64,000 bases of DNA from contig CAWJSR010000002.1 of the NCBI GenBank assembly GCA_963845515.1, forward strand, positions 32,001 through 96,000. Reading direction: 5' to 3'. The notes beneath the pieces are model-generated. The model did no database searches and was not told the DNA's origin. It saw only the letters and a list, made by a program, of their open reading frames with translations. The stretch comes from an uncultured delta proteobacterium. Lineage in GTDB: Bacteria > Myxococcota > Myxococcia > Myxococcales > Anaeromyxobacteraceae. A program made the position numbers and the translations under genes. Shown here piece by piece: positions 39,780 to 49,720 of this stretch (the first letter of the stretch is position 1; each line of letters begins with the position of its first letter).

Positions 39780-40523
39780 TCAGGCCGCCGTCATCAGCTC
39801 GGCGATCAGCGCCACCATGCGGGCGTGGTGCGTCCCGGCCCAGAAGATGCGGCCGCACGAGCCGCAGCGGCGGAACTCCGTCTGGCGCTCACGCACCAAC
39901 GGTGGCACCCGATCGGCGACCTCCTCCCGCGGGACCGGCGAGATCAGGCCGTTGCAGGCGATGCAGCGCCGGAAGGGGACGACGGCCCGGCGGAGGTCGA
40001 GCCGGCGGACCACTTCGTCGAGCTGGCGGCGGGGCTCGATCGCCCGGACGCAGTAGCCGTGGGTCACCGCGCTGCGCTTCAGGAGGCCGCGATCGCGGGT
40101 CAGGAGGATCCTGTGCTCGGCGGCCGACACCGACGCGAGCTCCTCGTCGCCGGCCTCCGATCGCCATCGCGCATCGAACCCGAGCATCCGCAGGTACCGC
40201 GCCAGCCGTCCGAGGTGACCGTCGAGGACGAAGCGCGGCTCGCGCAGGGGGGAAGCGCGCACGCGCGTGAGCGGCGCCACGTCGATCGACTCGAAGACCG
40301 GATAGACGCTCACCCGCGCCCCGTCGCGGAGCCGCCAGGAGAAGGCGACCGACTCCCCGTCCGCGAGGACGAGATCGATCTCGGTGTGCGGGACGCCGAT
40401 GGCCTCGATGACGTCCTTCACGGCCGGCGTCCCGGTGAAGGCGTGGTCGAGGTCGCGTCCCCGGCGCTCCTCCGGGAGGAAGTCGTTCAGCTCCGCGTAA
40501 AACCTGAGGGACGCGCGCTTCAT
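39780..40523 (-). CDS. Mut7-C ubiquitin-like / RNase domain protein
   Basis: RFYAELNDFL, VKDVIEAIGVPHTEIDL, FVLDGHLGRLARYLRMLGFD, RCIACNG, C..CGRIFWAGTH. Confidence 0.88.
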   Translation of the reverse strand: MKRASLRFYAELNDFLPEERRGRDLDHAFTGTPAVKDVIEAIGVPHTEIDLVLADGESVAFSWRLRDGARVSVYPVFESIDVAPLTRVRASPLREPRFVLDGHLGRLARYLRMLGFDARWRSEAGDEELASVSAAEHRILLTRDRGLLKRSAVTHGYCVRAIEPRRQLDEVVRRLDLRRAVVPFRRCIACNGLISPVPREEVADRVPPLVRERQTEFRRCGSCGRIFWAGTHHARMVALIAELMTAA

Positions 40524-40559
40524 GAGGGCACCGCCTGAGGGTCGGCGTCTTCGATGGGC

Positions 40560-40964
40560 TCAGCTCCGGAGCTCGGACTCCGGCGGTCGGGCCCTGGTAT
40601 CCGGGGGCGGCAGCGGCGAGGAGTGGTGATGGACCATTCGCCAGGCGCCGTCCTCGCGCGTGAAGACGTTGGTGGCGACGAGCCGCGCCCCCTGGACCAG
40701 CTCGTGACAGGTGACGAAGGCGGTGTCGCCCACGACGTGGGCGGCCGCCACCGAGCAGTGCACCCTCGGCGAGGAGGCTGACTCCAGGATGGCCCGGAAG
40801 CTCCCGAGGACCTCGGCGAGCCCCTGGAGCGCGTCCCAGCCCGGGTGGATGCAGGCCACCGGCGCCCGGCGCGACCAGAGCGCGTCCATGGCGCCTACGT
40901 CACGAGCCGTGAAGGCCCTGTAGAAGGCCTCGTTAGCCTCCAGGACCTCGATCTCGTGGCTCAT
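40560..40964 (-). CDS. SnoaL/NTF2-like protein
   Basis: ANEAFYRAF..D..AM..LW, CIHPGW, ATNVF, WRMVHHHSS. Confidence 0.85.
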   Translation of the reverse strand: MSHEIEVLEANEAFYRAFTARDVGAMDALWSRRAPVACIHPGWDALQGLAEVLGSFRAILESASSPRVHCSVAAAHVVGDTAFVTCHELVQGARLVATNVFTREDGAWRMVHHHSSPLPPPDTRARPPESELRS

Positions 40965-41008
40965 GTTGCGGTCATAACGGCAGGACCACGGCCGCGCCGC
41001 CGAGCGGA

Positions 41009-41200
41009 CTACCCCTGCTTCATCGGGCAGGTGCTGAGGCCGAGGAGCCGGTAGACCGGGCAGAACCCGACGGCCCCGGTCAGGAGTGGCACCAGGCCGA
41101 GGTACCCGAGCGGGGTCTGTGGACCGATGAATGCGAGGGAAAGGATTGCGAGTCCGGCGACGACTCGGATGCCGCGATCGAGGGTACCTTCGTTGATCAT
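41009..41200 (-). CDS. DUF2892 (YgaP-like) membrane protein
   Basis: NEG..DR.IR, GLVPLLTG..GFCPVY.LLG.STC. Confidence 0.85.
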   Translation of the reverse strand: MINEGTLDRGIRVVAGLAILSLAFIGPQTPLGYLGLVPLLTGAVGFCPVYRLLGLSTCPMKQG

Positions 41201-41335
41201 TTGCGCTTCCTCCACTGTCGTGAGGAGTCGCGCCGCGGCGGAAGGGTTCCCGGATACCGGCTGCCTCCCCATCGGGGAAGTGGCGGCGCAGGATATATGA
41301 AGCTCGAGCCGGTGAGAGCCCGGCCGGAGGCCGCC

Positions 41336-41896
41336 ATGGTCCGCCCCAAGTGTGCCGTCTTCATCGCCACTAGCGTCGACGGCTTCATCGCCCTCCCGGA
41401 CGGCAGCATCAAGTGGCTCGACGCGGTCCAACTCGACGGCGAGGACTATGGCTTCGGCGCGTTCTTCGAGTCGGTAGACACGCTGGTGATGGGGCGCCTC
41501 ACCTGGGAGACCGTCCTGCGGTTCGACGAGTGGCCCTACAAGGGGAAGCGGGTGGTGGTGCTCACGCACCGGGCCGCCGAAGCGAGGCACGGCGAGGCCT
41601 TCAGGTCGGGCGAGCCCGCGACGATCCTCGCGCAGCTTCACGCCGAGGGGGCGCGGCGCGTCTACGTCGACGGCGGCGCCGTGATCTCCCAGTTCCTCCG
41701 CGAGGGGCTCGTCGACGAGCTGACGATCTCGATCGTCCCGATCGTGTTGGGCGACGGAATACGGCTGTTCCAGGGCGGCCTCGCGAGGCACGCGCTGAGG
41801 CTCTCCGGTAGCCACGCCTACCCGAGCGGACTCGTGCAACTTCGATACGCCCCGCTCCCTCACGGCACCAGCGCCGCACGGCCGGGGCACCGGTGA
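41336..41896 (+). CDS. dihydrofolate reductase / RibD C-terminal family protein
   Basis: IATSVDGFIA, VMGR.TW, VYVDGG, GLVDELTI..VPIVLG.GIRLF. Confidence 0.85.
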   Translation: MVRPKCAVFIATSVDGFIALPDGSIKWLDAVQLDGEDYGFGAFFESVDTLVMGRLTWETVLRFDEWPYKGKRVVVLTHRAAEARHGEAFRSGEPATILAQLHAEGARRVYVDGGAVISQFLREGLVDELTISIVPIVLGDGIRLFQGGLARHALRLSGSHAYPSGLVQLRYAPLPHGTSAARPGHR

Positions 41897-42537
41897 CCGC
41901 GCGCCTGCCCGCCGGCCTCGCCGCCGGTCCCGACGGCCGCCCTCGCTGCGGCTGGGGCGTCTCCACGCCCGACTACCTCGCCTACCACGACGAGGAGTGG
42001 GGACGGCCGGTGACCGACGACCGCCGGCTCTTCGAGAAGCTCTCCCTCGAGGGCTTCCAGGCGGGCCTCTCCTGGCTGACGATCCTCCGCAAGCGGGAGC
42101 GGTTCAGGGAGGTCTTCCACGGCTTCGACTTCGAGCGGGTCGCCCGCCTCGGCGCGCGGGACGTGGCGCGGCTCCTGCGCGATCCCGGCATCGTCCGCCA
42201 CCGCGGAAAGATCGAGGCGACGATCGAGAACGCCCGCCGCGCCTGCGCGCTGGTCGACGAGGCGGGGACGCTCGCGGCCTTCCTCTGGCGCTTCGAGCCC
42301 GCCGCCTCCGAGCGGCCGCGCCGGGTCACCTGGTCCGCGGTGAAGGCGCTGGCGACGACGCCGGCGTCGATCGCGCTGTCGAAGGAGCTGAAGCGGCGCG
42401 GCTGGCGCTTCGTCGGCCCGACGACGGTCCAGGCCTTCATGCAGGCGATGGGGCTCGTGAACGACCACGTCGAGGGGTGTGCCGCGCGCCCGGAGTGCGC
42501 CGCGGCGCGACGGCGGCTGCGGCCGCCGGGTCAGTAG
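41893..42537 (+). CDS. tag: DNA-3-methyladenine glycosylase I
   Basis: RC.W, YHDEEWG, LFEKLSLEGFQAGLSW..IL.KRE, FVGPTT, GLVNDH..C. Confidence 0.93.
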   Translation: MTARLPAGLAAGPDGRPRCGWGVSTPDYLAYHDEEWGRPVTDDRRLFEKLSLEGFQAGLSWLTILRKRERFREVFHGFDFERVARLGARDVARLLRDPGIVRHRGKIEATIENARRACALVDEAGTLAAFLWRFEPAASERPRRVTWSAVKALATTPASIALSKELKRRGWRFVGPTTVQAFMQAMGLVNDHVEGCAARPECAAARRRLRPPGQ

Positions 42538-43268
42538 AAGACCTCCTCCATGCACAGCCCCTGGGGCGGCGCGGTCGGGCCCGCCTTCGTCCGGTCCCTA
42601 GACGCGAGCAGCTCGTCGATCGACGCCGGCGTCCGCTTCCCCTGCCCCACCTCGACGAGCGTGCCGACGAGGTTCCGGACCATGTGCTTGACGAAGGCGG
42701 TCGCCTCGACCACGAAGTCGATCCGCCCGCCCGTCTCGCCGACCACGTCGAGGCGGCGCAGGTCGCGGACGGCGTGCTCGCACTGGCAGTTGGAGGCCTG
42801 GAAGGCGGCGAAGTCGTGGCGGCCGATCAGCCGCGCCGCGCCGGCGCGCATCGCCGCCACGTCGAGCGGGCGGAAGTGCTGCCACGCGAGCTGCCGCGAG
42901 AGGGGCGCCCGGGTGGGTCCGTTCTCGAGCCTGTACCGGTAACGCTTCCCGCGCGCGCTCCGGCGCGCGTCGAAGCCGTCGGGCTCGATCCCGGCCTCGC
43001 GCACCGCGATGTCGGCGGGGAGGAGCGCGTTCATCCCCTTCCAGTAGGCCTCGGGCGGGAGCGGCCGCTCCTCGGCGAACGACACCACCTGGCCGAGCGC
43101 GTGGACCCCGGCGTCGGTGCGCCCCGCCGCGGTGACGCGCACGTGGGCCTTGCGGAGCGCTGCGAGCGCGCGCTCCACCTCCGCCTGGATCGACGGGCCG
43201 TTGGGCTGCGCCTGCCAGCCGACGTACCGCGTCCCGTCGTACTCGATGACGAGCCTGATGACCGGCAC
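42531..43268 (-). CDS. truA: tRNA pseudouridine(38-40) synthase
   Basis: YDGTRYVGWQ, AGRTDAGVHALGQ, GRHDFAAF, MVRNLVG, TAPPQGL. Confidence 0.95.
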   Translation of the reverse strand: MPVIRLVIEYDGTRYVGWQAQPNGPSIQAEVERALAALRKAHVRVTAAGRTDAGVHALGQVVSFAEERPLPPEAYWKGMNALLPADIAVREAGIEPDGFDARRSARGKRYRYRLENGPTRAPLSRQLAWQHFRPLDVAAMRAGAARLIGRHDFAAFQASNCQCEHAVRDLRRLDVVGETGGRIDFVVEATAFVKHMVRNLVGTLVEVGQGKRTPASIDELLASRDRTKAGPTAPPQGLCMEEVFY

Positions 43269-43280
43269 CGCGAGAAGCTA

Positions 43281-45869
43281 TCACCGCGGCGGGCGCGGCG
43301 TGAACTGGCGCATCGCCTCACGCAGCGTCGTCGGGTCGACCGGCTTCTCCAGGCGCATGTTCGCGACGCGGTCCAGGAAGTCGCGCGCGGCGTCGGTGAA
43401 GGCGCCTCCTGTCACGAAGATGATCCGCTCCTGGAGCGCGGGGTCCAGGATCGCCACCTCGTCGAAGAACGCCATCCCGGAGACGTCGGGCATCATGAGG
43501 TCGCAGAGGACCGCGTCGAAGACCTCGCCGCCTGCGATCCGGTCCAGCGCGCCGCGCGCGCGGTCGGAGATCTCCACGTCGTGCTCGCGGGAGAGGATCC
43601 GCTGGAGCGAGCGGCCGACGAGCGGCTCGTCGTCTACCACCATCAGCTTGAGCCGCGGGCGGGCGCCCGGCAGTTGGAGCGCAGGCGCCGCGGGCGAGGG
43701 CGCGGCGCCTGCCGCCGGTGCAGCGGCGGCGGCCGACGGATCGGTCGCCGCCGGACGTGCGCTCACGGGCTCGGCCGCCGCCACCGGCGCCGGGGGAGCC
43801 TGTGGCTCCGCGTCCGCCGGCTGCGGCTGCGCCCCGGTGGCCGGCGGCGGGGTGACGCGGCTGGGGCCCTCCTCGGCCGGGAGCACGATCCTGATGCGAG
43901 TCCCCGCGCCTGGCGCCGAGTCGACGTCGATCCGGCCGCCCATGGCGGTCACGATCGCGTGCGTGACCGCGAGCCCGAGCCCGCTCCCCTCGCCGATGTG
44001 ACGAGTGGTGAAGAAGGGCTCGAAGATCCGCGCCCTGACCTCGGCGCTCATGCCGATCCCGCTGTCGGCGATCTCGGCCACCACCTCGCCGTCGCGCGTC
44101 CGGACCTCGACGCGGATCTCGTTCTCCTGCGAGGACCCCTCGGGGATGGCGCGCGCCGCGTTGACGAGGATGTTGGCGAAGGCCTGGGCCAGCCGCCCCT
44201 CCGAGCCGGCGACCGTGGGCACCTCCCCGATCCGCGTCACCAGCCGGGCGCGGTGCTGGATCTCGCTCTGGGCCAGCGAGAGGGCGGAGCGCATCGCGCG
44301 GGCCACGTCCACCGGCCCGCGCCCCGCCTCGGCCCTGGCGAAGACCCTCAGCTCGGCGACCACGTCGCGGACCCGCCGGGCCCCCTCACCGGCGTCGACG
44401 ATCGGCTCCAGCCACTCGTCGACGAAGCGGGTCAGCTCGGTCGCCCCTCCCCGCTCGTGGATGGACACGAGCCGTTCGCGCAGCAGCTCGAGGTTGCCGA
44501 CGACGGTCGCGAGCGGGTTGTTGATCTCGTGCGCGACGCCGGCGGCCAGCGTGCCGATGCCGGCCAGCCGAAGCGCCTCGGACGCCCGCTGCCGGTCGGT
44601 CGTGTCGCGCAGCGCGGCCACCGCCAGCTTCCGCCCGAACGCCTGCACCAGCGCGACCGAGACCTCCCACGGCGTGATCCTACCGTCCGTCCCCTCCCTC
44701 CGCTCCTCCCTCACGGTCACGCCCGCGGTCGCGAACCGGGCCCAGCGACTCCGCCACTTCTCGAGCGTCCCCCCGGTGAAATACTCCCACGCCCGCCGCC
44801 CGGCCAGCGCCTGCGCCGGGACGCCGTAGAAGCGCGACGCCGCCGCGTTGGCCCACAGGATCCGCCCGTCCTCCTCGTAGACGGCGAGCCCGTCGGCGCT
44901 CTGCTCCATCGCGCGGGCCAGCAGCTGCAGCCGCTCCTCGGCTCCGCGGCGCTCAGCGACCACGGCGGCGACGAAGGCGGTCGGGGCGGTGAGGACGAGG
45001 AGGAAGGCCTGGACGCCCAGGGCGAGCTCCAGCGGGGTGGCCGCGCCGAGCGGGATGAGCCCCTGCCCGGCCGACGCGGTGTGGACGAGCGCCAGCGCGG
45101 CGAGGCACACGGCCGCCGCCGCGCCGCGCGGACCGAAGCGGACGGCCAGCCAGATGACCGGCGGGACGAGCAGGATCTCGTTGGTGTAGGGCTGGCCGCT
45201 CGCGTGGAGGAGCGCGACCGCGCCGCCCATGGTGACGAGCGCCAGCGCCGTCTCCACCACCGCGGAGATCGGGCGCTCCTGCGGTGGCGTCGCCTCGGCC
45301 CATGAGACCAGCAGCCACCCCAGCGTCGCCACCCCGAGCAGCGCGCCGAAGGCCCAGGCGGCCGCGAGCGGCTCCAGGAGCGCCTCGTCGCGCCCGATCA
45401 CCGCGGCCCGCCAGATGAGCGCGACGGGCACCTTCACGAGCGCCGGCCCCATGAGGAGCGCGACGACACCGCGGATCGTCTGGCTGGTGACGCGCGGGGT
45501 CGCGACCCGGATCAGCCACGCCGCGCCGCAGGCCTCCAGCATTCCACCGACGTTCAGGCCGATGGCCACGCCGATCGACGTGCCGGAGGCGAGGCTCGCA
45601 GCCAGCCCCGCGATGGCGCCGGCCGCCAGCACGCGCGGCCAGGTCCGCAGCCGGGTCACGAGGAGCGCCACGAGGAACAGCCCAGTGACCGGCCTCACGG
45701 TCGGGGGCACGCCCTCCGAGACCGACAGCAGCGGCGCCAGGTAGACCAGGATCCAGGTGGACGCCGCGAAGGCCAGGAGGCCGGCCCATTGCGGGATGCG
45801 CGCGAGCCTCGCATCCACACGGAGGCCGGGCTCGTTCCAGCGGGGCGTGTCGAAGATGAGTCTCGGCAT
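43281..45869 (-). CDS. hybrid sensor kinase (MASE1-like TM region, PAS, HisKA, HATPase, REC)
   Basis: Multi-TM N-terminus with WLAVRFGPRG, PAS, GVAHEINNPL, FEPFFTT, GLGL, Ala/Pro linker, VVDDE..CDLMMP..EKP. Confidence 0.88.
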   Translation of the reverse strand: MPRLIFDTPRWNEPGLRVDARLARIPQWAGLLAFAASTWILVYLAPLLSVSEGVPPTVRPVTGLFLVALLVTRLRTWPRVLAAGAIAGLAASLASGTSIGVAIGLNVGGMLEACGAAWLIRVATPRVTSQTIRGVVALLMGPALVKVPVALIWRAAVIGRDEALLEPLAAAWAFGALLGVATLGWLLVSWAEATPPQERPISAVVETALALVTMGGAVALLHASGQPYTNEILLVPPVIWLAVRFGPRGAAAAVCLAALALVHTASAGQGLIPLGAATPLELALGVQAFLLVLTAPTAFVAAVVAERRGAEERLQLLARAMEQSADGLAVYEEDGRILWANAAASRFYGVPAQALAGRRAWEYFTGGTLEKWRSRWARFATAGVTVREERREGTDGRITPWEVSVALVQAFGRKLAVAALRDTTDRQRASEALRLAGIGTLAAGVAHEINNPLATVVGNLELLRERLVSIHERGGATELTRFVDEWLEPIVDAGEGARRVRDVVAELRVFARAEAGRGPVDVARAMRSALSLAQSEIQHRARLVTRIGEVPTVAGSEGRLAQAFANILVNAARAIPEGSSQENEIRVEVRTRDGEVVAEIADSGIGMSAEVRARIFEPFFTTRHIGEGSGLGLAVTHAIVTAMGGRIDVDSAPGAGTRIRIVLPAEEGPSRVTPPPATGAQPQPADAEPQAPPAPVAAAEPVSARPAATDPSAAAAAPAAGAAPSPAAPALQLPGARPRLKLMVVDDEPLVGRSLQRILSREHDVEISDRARGALDRIAGGEVFDAVLCDLMMPDVSGMAFFDEVAILDPALQERIIFVTGGAFTDAARDFLDRVANMRLEKPVDPTTLREAMRQFTPRPPR

Positions 45870-46020
45870 CGGCTCTCGCCCACCCGTAGAATGGCGTCTC
45901 GTCGGAAGCCTACCACCTCGCCGGAGCCGGGGCCTCTCCGGTTCCCTTGACAGCGAGGGCGTGTGACCGTAGCGGTACGACCGGCCCGCCGGCGCGGGCC
46001 CTCCCGGAGGCCGCACCCCC

Positions 46021-47148
46021 ATGCCGCGCACCATGAACTTCAGCGCAGGTCCCGCCGCGCTGCCCCTCCCTGCCCTCGAGCGTGCCCGCGACGAGCTGCT
46101 CGACTTCGCCGGCAGCGGCATGTCGGTGATGGAGCAGAGCCACCGCGGGAAGGACTACGAGGCGGTCCACGACGAGGCGATCGCCCTGACGCGCGAGCTC
46201 CTCGGCGTCCCCGAGACCCACGACGTCCTCTTCCTGCAGGGCGGCGCGTCCGCCTTCTTCGCCCTGCTGCCGATGAACCTGCTCGAGAAGGGGCGCAGCG
46301 CCGACTACGTCCTCACCGGCGTCTGGGGCGAGAAGGCGTGGGCGGAGGCCCGCCACACCGCCAACCTGCTCGGCGCGCAGGTGCACGTCGCGGGCGACAC
46401 GGGGACCGGCGACGGAAAGGCCAGGACCTGGACGCGAGTCGCCGTGGCCGCCGATCTCAAGGCGGACCCCTCGGCCGCCTACCTCCACTTCACGACCAAC
46501 GAGACCATCCACGGCGTGCAGTTCGCCGCCGACCCGGCGCGCCCGTTCCCGGCCGCCGGCGACGTGCCGCTCGTCGCGGACATGTCGAGCGACTTCCTCT
46601 GGCGGAAGTTCGACGTCTCGAAGTTCGGCCTCGTCTACGCCGGCGCGCAGAAGAACATCGGCCCCTCCGGCGTGGTCATGGCGATCGTCCGGAAGGACCT
46701 CGTCGCCGCAGGCCGCAAGGACATCCCCAGGATCTTCCAGCTGCGTACCCACGCCGACAACAAGTCGCTCTACAACACGCCGCCCACCTTCGGCATCTAC
46801 ATGGTCCGCAACGTCCTGGCCTGGCTGAAGGGGATCGGCGGGCTGGACGCCGTCGAGTCCCGCAACCGGGAGAAGGCGGGCAGGCTCTACGCGGCCATCG
46901 ACGCGCAGCCTGCCGTCTACCGCTGCCCCGTGGAGCGCGAGAGCCGCTCGCTGATGAACGTCGTCTTCCGGCTGCCGTCCGAGGCCGACGAGGAGCGCTT
47001 CTGCAAGGAGGCGAAGAAGCTGGGGATGATCGGCCTCAAGGGGCACCGGTCGGTGGGCGGGATCCGGGTCTCGCTCTACAACGCCGTCGAGCCGGCCTGG
47101 GTGGCCGCGCTGGCCGACTTCATGGCCGAGTTCTCCCGGAAGGGCTGA
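46021..47148 (+). CDS. serC: phosphoserine aminotransferase
   Basis: [52 protein letters not shown]. Confidence 0.96.
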   Translation: MPRTMNFSAGPAALPLPALERARDELLDFAGSGMSVMEQSHRGKDYEAVHDEAIALTRELLGVPETHDVLFLQGGASAFFALLPMNLLEKGRSADYVLTGVWGEKAWAEARHTANLLGAQVHVAGDTGTGDGKARTWTRVAVAADLKADPSAAYLHFTTNETIHGVQFAADPARPFPAAGDVPLVADMSSDFLWRKFDVSKFGLVYAGAQKNIGPSGVVMAIVRKDLVAAGRKDIPRIFQLRTHADNKSLYNTPPTFGIYMVRNVLAWLKGIGGLDAVESRNREKAGRLYAAIDAQPAVYRCPVERESRSLMNVVFRLPSEADEERFCKEAKKLGMIGLKGHRSVGGIRVSLYNAVEPAWVAALADFMAEFSRKG

Positions 47149-47203
47149 GGCCCGGAGCCGGAGCTTGAACCTCCCGCTCCTGGCGGGCTATATCGCGCAG
47201 CCT

Positions 47204-48250
47204 ATGGCCAGCGATCGCGAGACGGTTCAGCAGCTGGAGTCGACCGCCGAGCGCGGCGTCCGGCCGGAGCGTGCCCAGGCGGCCCTCGCGGGCGTGCCCG
47301 ATCTCTTCGAGACGCTCGGCGCGCTCGAGCAGGAGCTGACGCACGCCACCCGCGACGCCGAGGCCCGGCTCCAGGCCGCGGCCAGGCACCTCGTGTCGGC
47401 AGGCGGCAAGCGGATCCGACCGATGGTCGCGCTCCTCTCCTGCGGCGCCTGCGGCGCGGAGATGCAGCGCGCCGTCCCGTTCGCCGTCGCCGCCGAGCTG
47501 ACCCACTCCGCCACGCTCCTGCACGACGACGTGATCGACGACAGCCCGACGCGGCGGGGCCAGGACGCCTCGCGCGTCATCTGGGGGAACTCTGTCTCGG
47601 TCCTCGCCGGGGACTGGCTGCTGGCGCGCGCCATCGAGATCGTCGCGGGCTCGGACGCGCGGGACCACGCCCTGCGGCCGCTCCTCGTCACGATGCGGCG
47701 GCTCGTGGAGGGAGAGGTCCTGCAGCTCTCGCTGCGCGGCTCCTTCAGGGCGACCGAGCAGGACTACCTGAACGTCGTCATCGGCAAGACCGCGTCGCTC
47801 TTCGGCTGGGCGTCCGCCGCGGGCGCCTGGGCAGCCGGCGCCACCGGTGAGATCCCCGGCGCGCTCGTCCAGTTCGGCGAGGGGATAGGGATCGCCTTCC
47901 AGCTCGTCGACGACGCGCTCGACTACGCCGCGGACCCGGGGCTGCTCGGCAAGCGGCTGGGCAGCGATCTCATCGAGGGGAAGGCCACCCTGCCGCTCAT
48001 CCGCGCCTGCGCCGCGGAGCCGAAGCTCCGCGAGCGGCTCGCGCTCCTGGTCGACGGGAAGGCCGAGACCGAGGCGGTCGCCGCCGAGGTGATCGCGGCG
48101 GTGAAGCGGACCGGCGGCGTGGACGCGGCGCGCGGGATGGCGCGGGAGCACACCCGCGCGGCGCTCGCGGCGCTGGAGAAGGTCCCGGACGGGATCCACC
48201 GCCGCGCCCTGCGCGAGGCGGCCGGGACCCTGACCGAGCGGGCGTTCTAG
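47204..48250 (+). CDS. trans-polyprenyl diphosphate synthase (IspB-like)
   Basis: GGKRIRP, LLHDDVID...RRG, GKTASLF, FQLVDDALDY, GK..G.D..EGK.TLP. Confidence 0.9.
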   Translation: MASDRETVQQLESTAERGVRPERAQAALAGVPDLFETLGALEQELTHATRDAEARLQAAARHLVSAGGKRIRPMVALLSCGACGAEMQRAVPFAVAAELTHSATLLHDDVIDDSPTRRGQDASRVIWGNSVSVLAGDWLLARAIEIVAGSDARDHALRPLLVTMRRLVEGEVLQLSLRGSFRATEQDYLNVVIGKTASLFGWASAAGAWAAGATGEIPGALVQFGEGIGIAFQLVDDALDYAADPGLLGKRLGSDLIEGKATLPLIRACAAEPKLRERLALLVDGKAETEAVAAEVIAAVKRTGGVDAARGMAREHTRAALAALEKVPDGIHRRALREAAGTLTERAF

Positions 48251-48291
48251 GGCGGCGAGCGCCGTCCCCGGGGGGCCATTACATCCCCGGC

Positions 48292-48675
48292 ATGTCCACC
48301 GCCGTCACCGAGGGGATCCGCGTGGAGGTGGCGAGCGAGTTCCTCAAGGACCGCTCGGAGCCGCACGCGCGTCGCTGGGTCTTCGCGTACACCATCACCA
48401 TCAGCAACCTCGGCGACACGCCGGCGCGACTCCTGTCGCGCCACTGGGTGATCGCCGACGCGGACGGCAACCGCGAGGACGTGGAGGGCGACGGCGTGGT
48501 CGGCCACCAGCCGAGGCTGGCGCCGGGCGAGTCCTTCCGTTACCAGAGCTTCTGCGTCCTGCCGACCACCCACGGCTCCATGCGAGGGACCTACCGGATG
48601 GTGCGCGACGACGGCGCCGCCTTCGACGCCGTCATCGCGCGCTTCCCGCTGCTGATCCCGCAGCAGGTCAACTGA
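48292..48675 (+). CDS. apaG: ApaG (Co2+/Mg2+ efflux-associated) protein
   Basis: FAYTITISN, LLSRHWVI.D, GDGVVGHQP.L.PG..F.Y.S, GSMRGTY. Confidence 0.92.
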   Translation: MSTAVTEGIRVEVASEFLKDRSEPHARRWVFAYTITISNLGDTPARLLSRHWVIADADGNREDVEGDGVVGHQPRLAPGESFRYQSFCVLPTTHGSMRGTYRMVRDDGAAFDAVIARFPLLIPQQVN

Positions 48676-49653
48676 CTAGGCAGCCTGGTCGGCGTCGTCG
48701 AGCAGCCGGCGCTGCCCCTGGAGCTTCTGGATCCCGGTGACGTCCTGGACCGTCTCGAGGCAGCCGAGGTACTTCCCGGCGTAGTCGCGGACCGGCCAGT
48801 AGCGGATGTGGATCTTCCGCGGCCCCATGTCGAACCAGAACTCGGCCACCTTCCGCCGCCCCGCTTTGAAGTCGGACAGGATCTGCTCCACCATGTGGAC
48901 GCTCTTCTGCGGGTGGCAGTTGTGGACCTCGGTCCCGATGGCGCCGCGGGAGCGGGCGAAGATCTTCTCGCCACGCTCGTGGCTGAAGTAGCGGACACGG
49001 TCCTCGTGGTCGACGAAGGAGAGCTCGAGCGGCAGCGTGTTCAGCATCGCGGCGAGCACCTCTGGCGCGAGCCCCCACGAGAGATCCTTCAGCTCCACGA
49101 GCGACACGATCTCCTCCGCCAGGTTCCAGTATCGCTCGCGCGAAGAGGGGCCCAGCTCCTGCTCGATCTCCTCGATCTCGTCCACGAGCTCGGCGCCGTC
49201 CTCCGGGGAGAGGACGCGGTTCGCGAGCGGGTAGAGGATGTCGTTCTCCTTCCAGTAGTGCGGCTTGTTGAGCGCGGCGTAGGCGGCGAAGGCGGTCTTG
49301 AGCTCGCCGAGCCGGCTGCGGTCGCCGGAGACGTAGCCCGCGGCGGCCGCGTCGATCCGGTCCACGAGCTCGCGCGCCTGCGCGTGCTCGGCGAGCATCA
49401 CCGCGACCGGCCCACCGTGGCTCGGGATCCCGCGCTGCGCGAGGGCGGGGAAGAGCGCCCGCTCCTCCTTCTGGTTGTGGCAGCGGTCGACGTAGGTGAC
49501 GAGGTACTCGCGGAGGTTGGCGACGAGCCCCGGCGTGGGGTCGGCGGCGTCGGCGAACGCCTTCTCCACCGCGGCGAAGACCCGCTCGGTCATCTCGTGA
49601 TCCTTCATGAGGATCTCGGTCCAGGTGAGGCTCGAGTGCTCGTGGATGCTCAT
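48676..49653 (-). CDS. hemerythrin + PAS domain protein
   Basis: KDHE, CHNQKEE..LFP, MLAEH, HYWKENDILYP; PAS with LPLELSFVD..D.VRYFS, IF.RS..IG..V.NCHP. Confidence 0.85.
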   Translation of the reverse strand: MSIHEHSSLTWTEILMKDHEMTERVFAAVEKAFADAADPTPGLVANLREYLVTYVDRCHNQKEERALFPALAQRGIPSHGGPVAVMLAEHAQARELVDRIDAAAAGYVSGDRSRLGELKTAFAAYAALNKPHYWKENDILYPLANRVLSPEDGAELVDEIEEIEQELGPSSRERYWNLAEEIVSLVELKDLSWGLAPEVLAAMLNTLPLELSFVDHEDRVRYFSHERGEKIFARSRGAIGTEVHNCHPQKSVHMVEQILSDFKAGRRKVAEFWFDMGPRKIHIRYWPVRDYAGKYLGCLETVQDVTGIQKLQGQRRLLDDADQAA

Positions 49654-49720
49654 CTGCGTGCTCCTCGGCCGCCGTTGCGGCGGCGCTTGCGTCTCGTTGG
49701 GTGGGTGGGGTTCAGCGGCG

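Noticed and set aside
39780..40523. Mut7-C RNase as a possible toxin or defence gene
   Set aside because: Widespread standalone family; no antitoxin or defence neighbours here.
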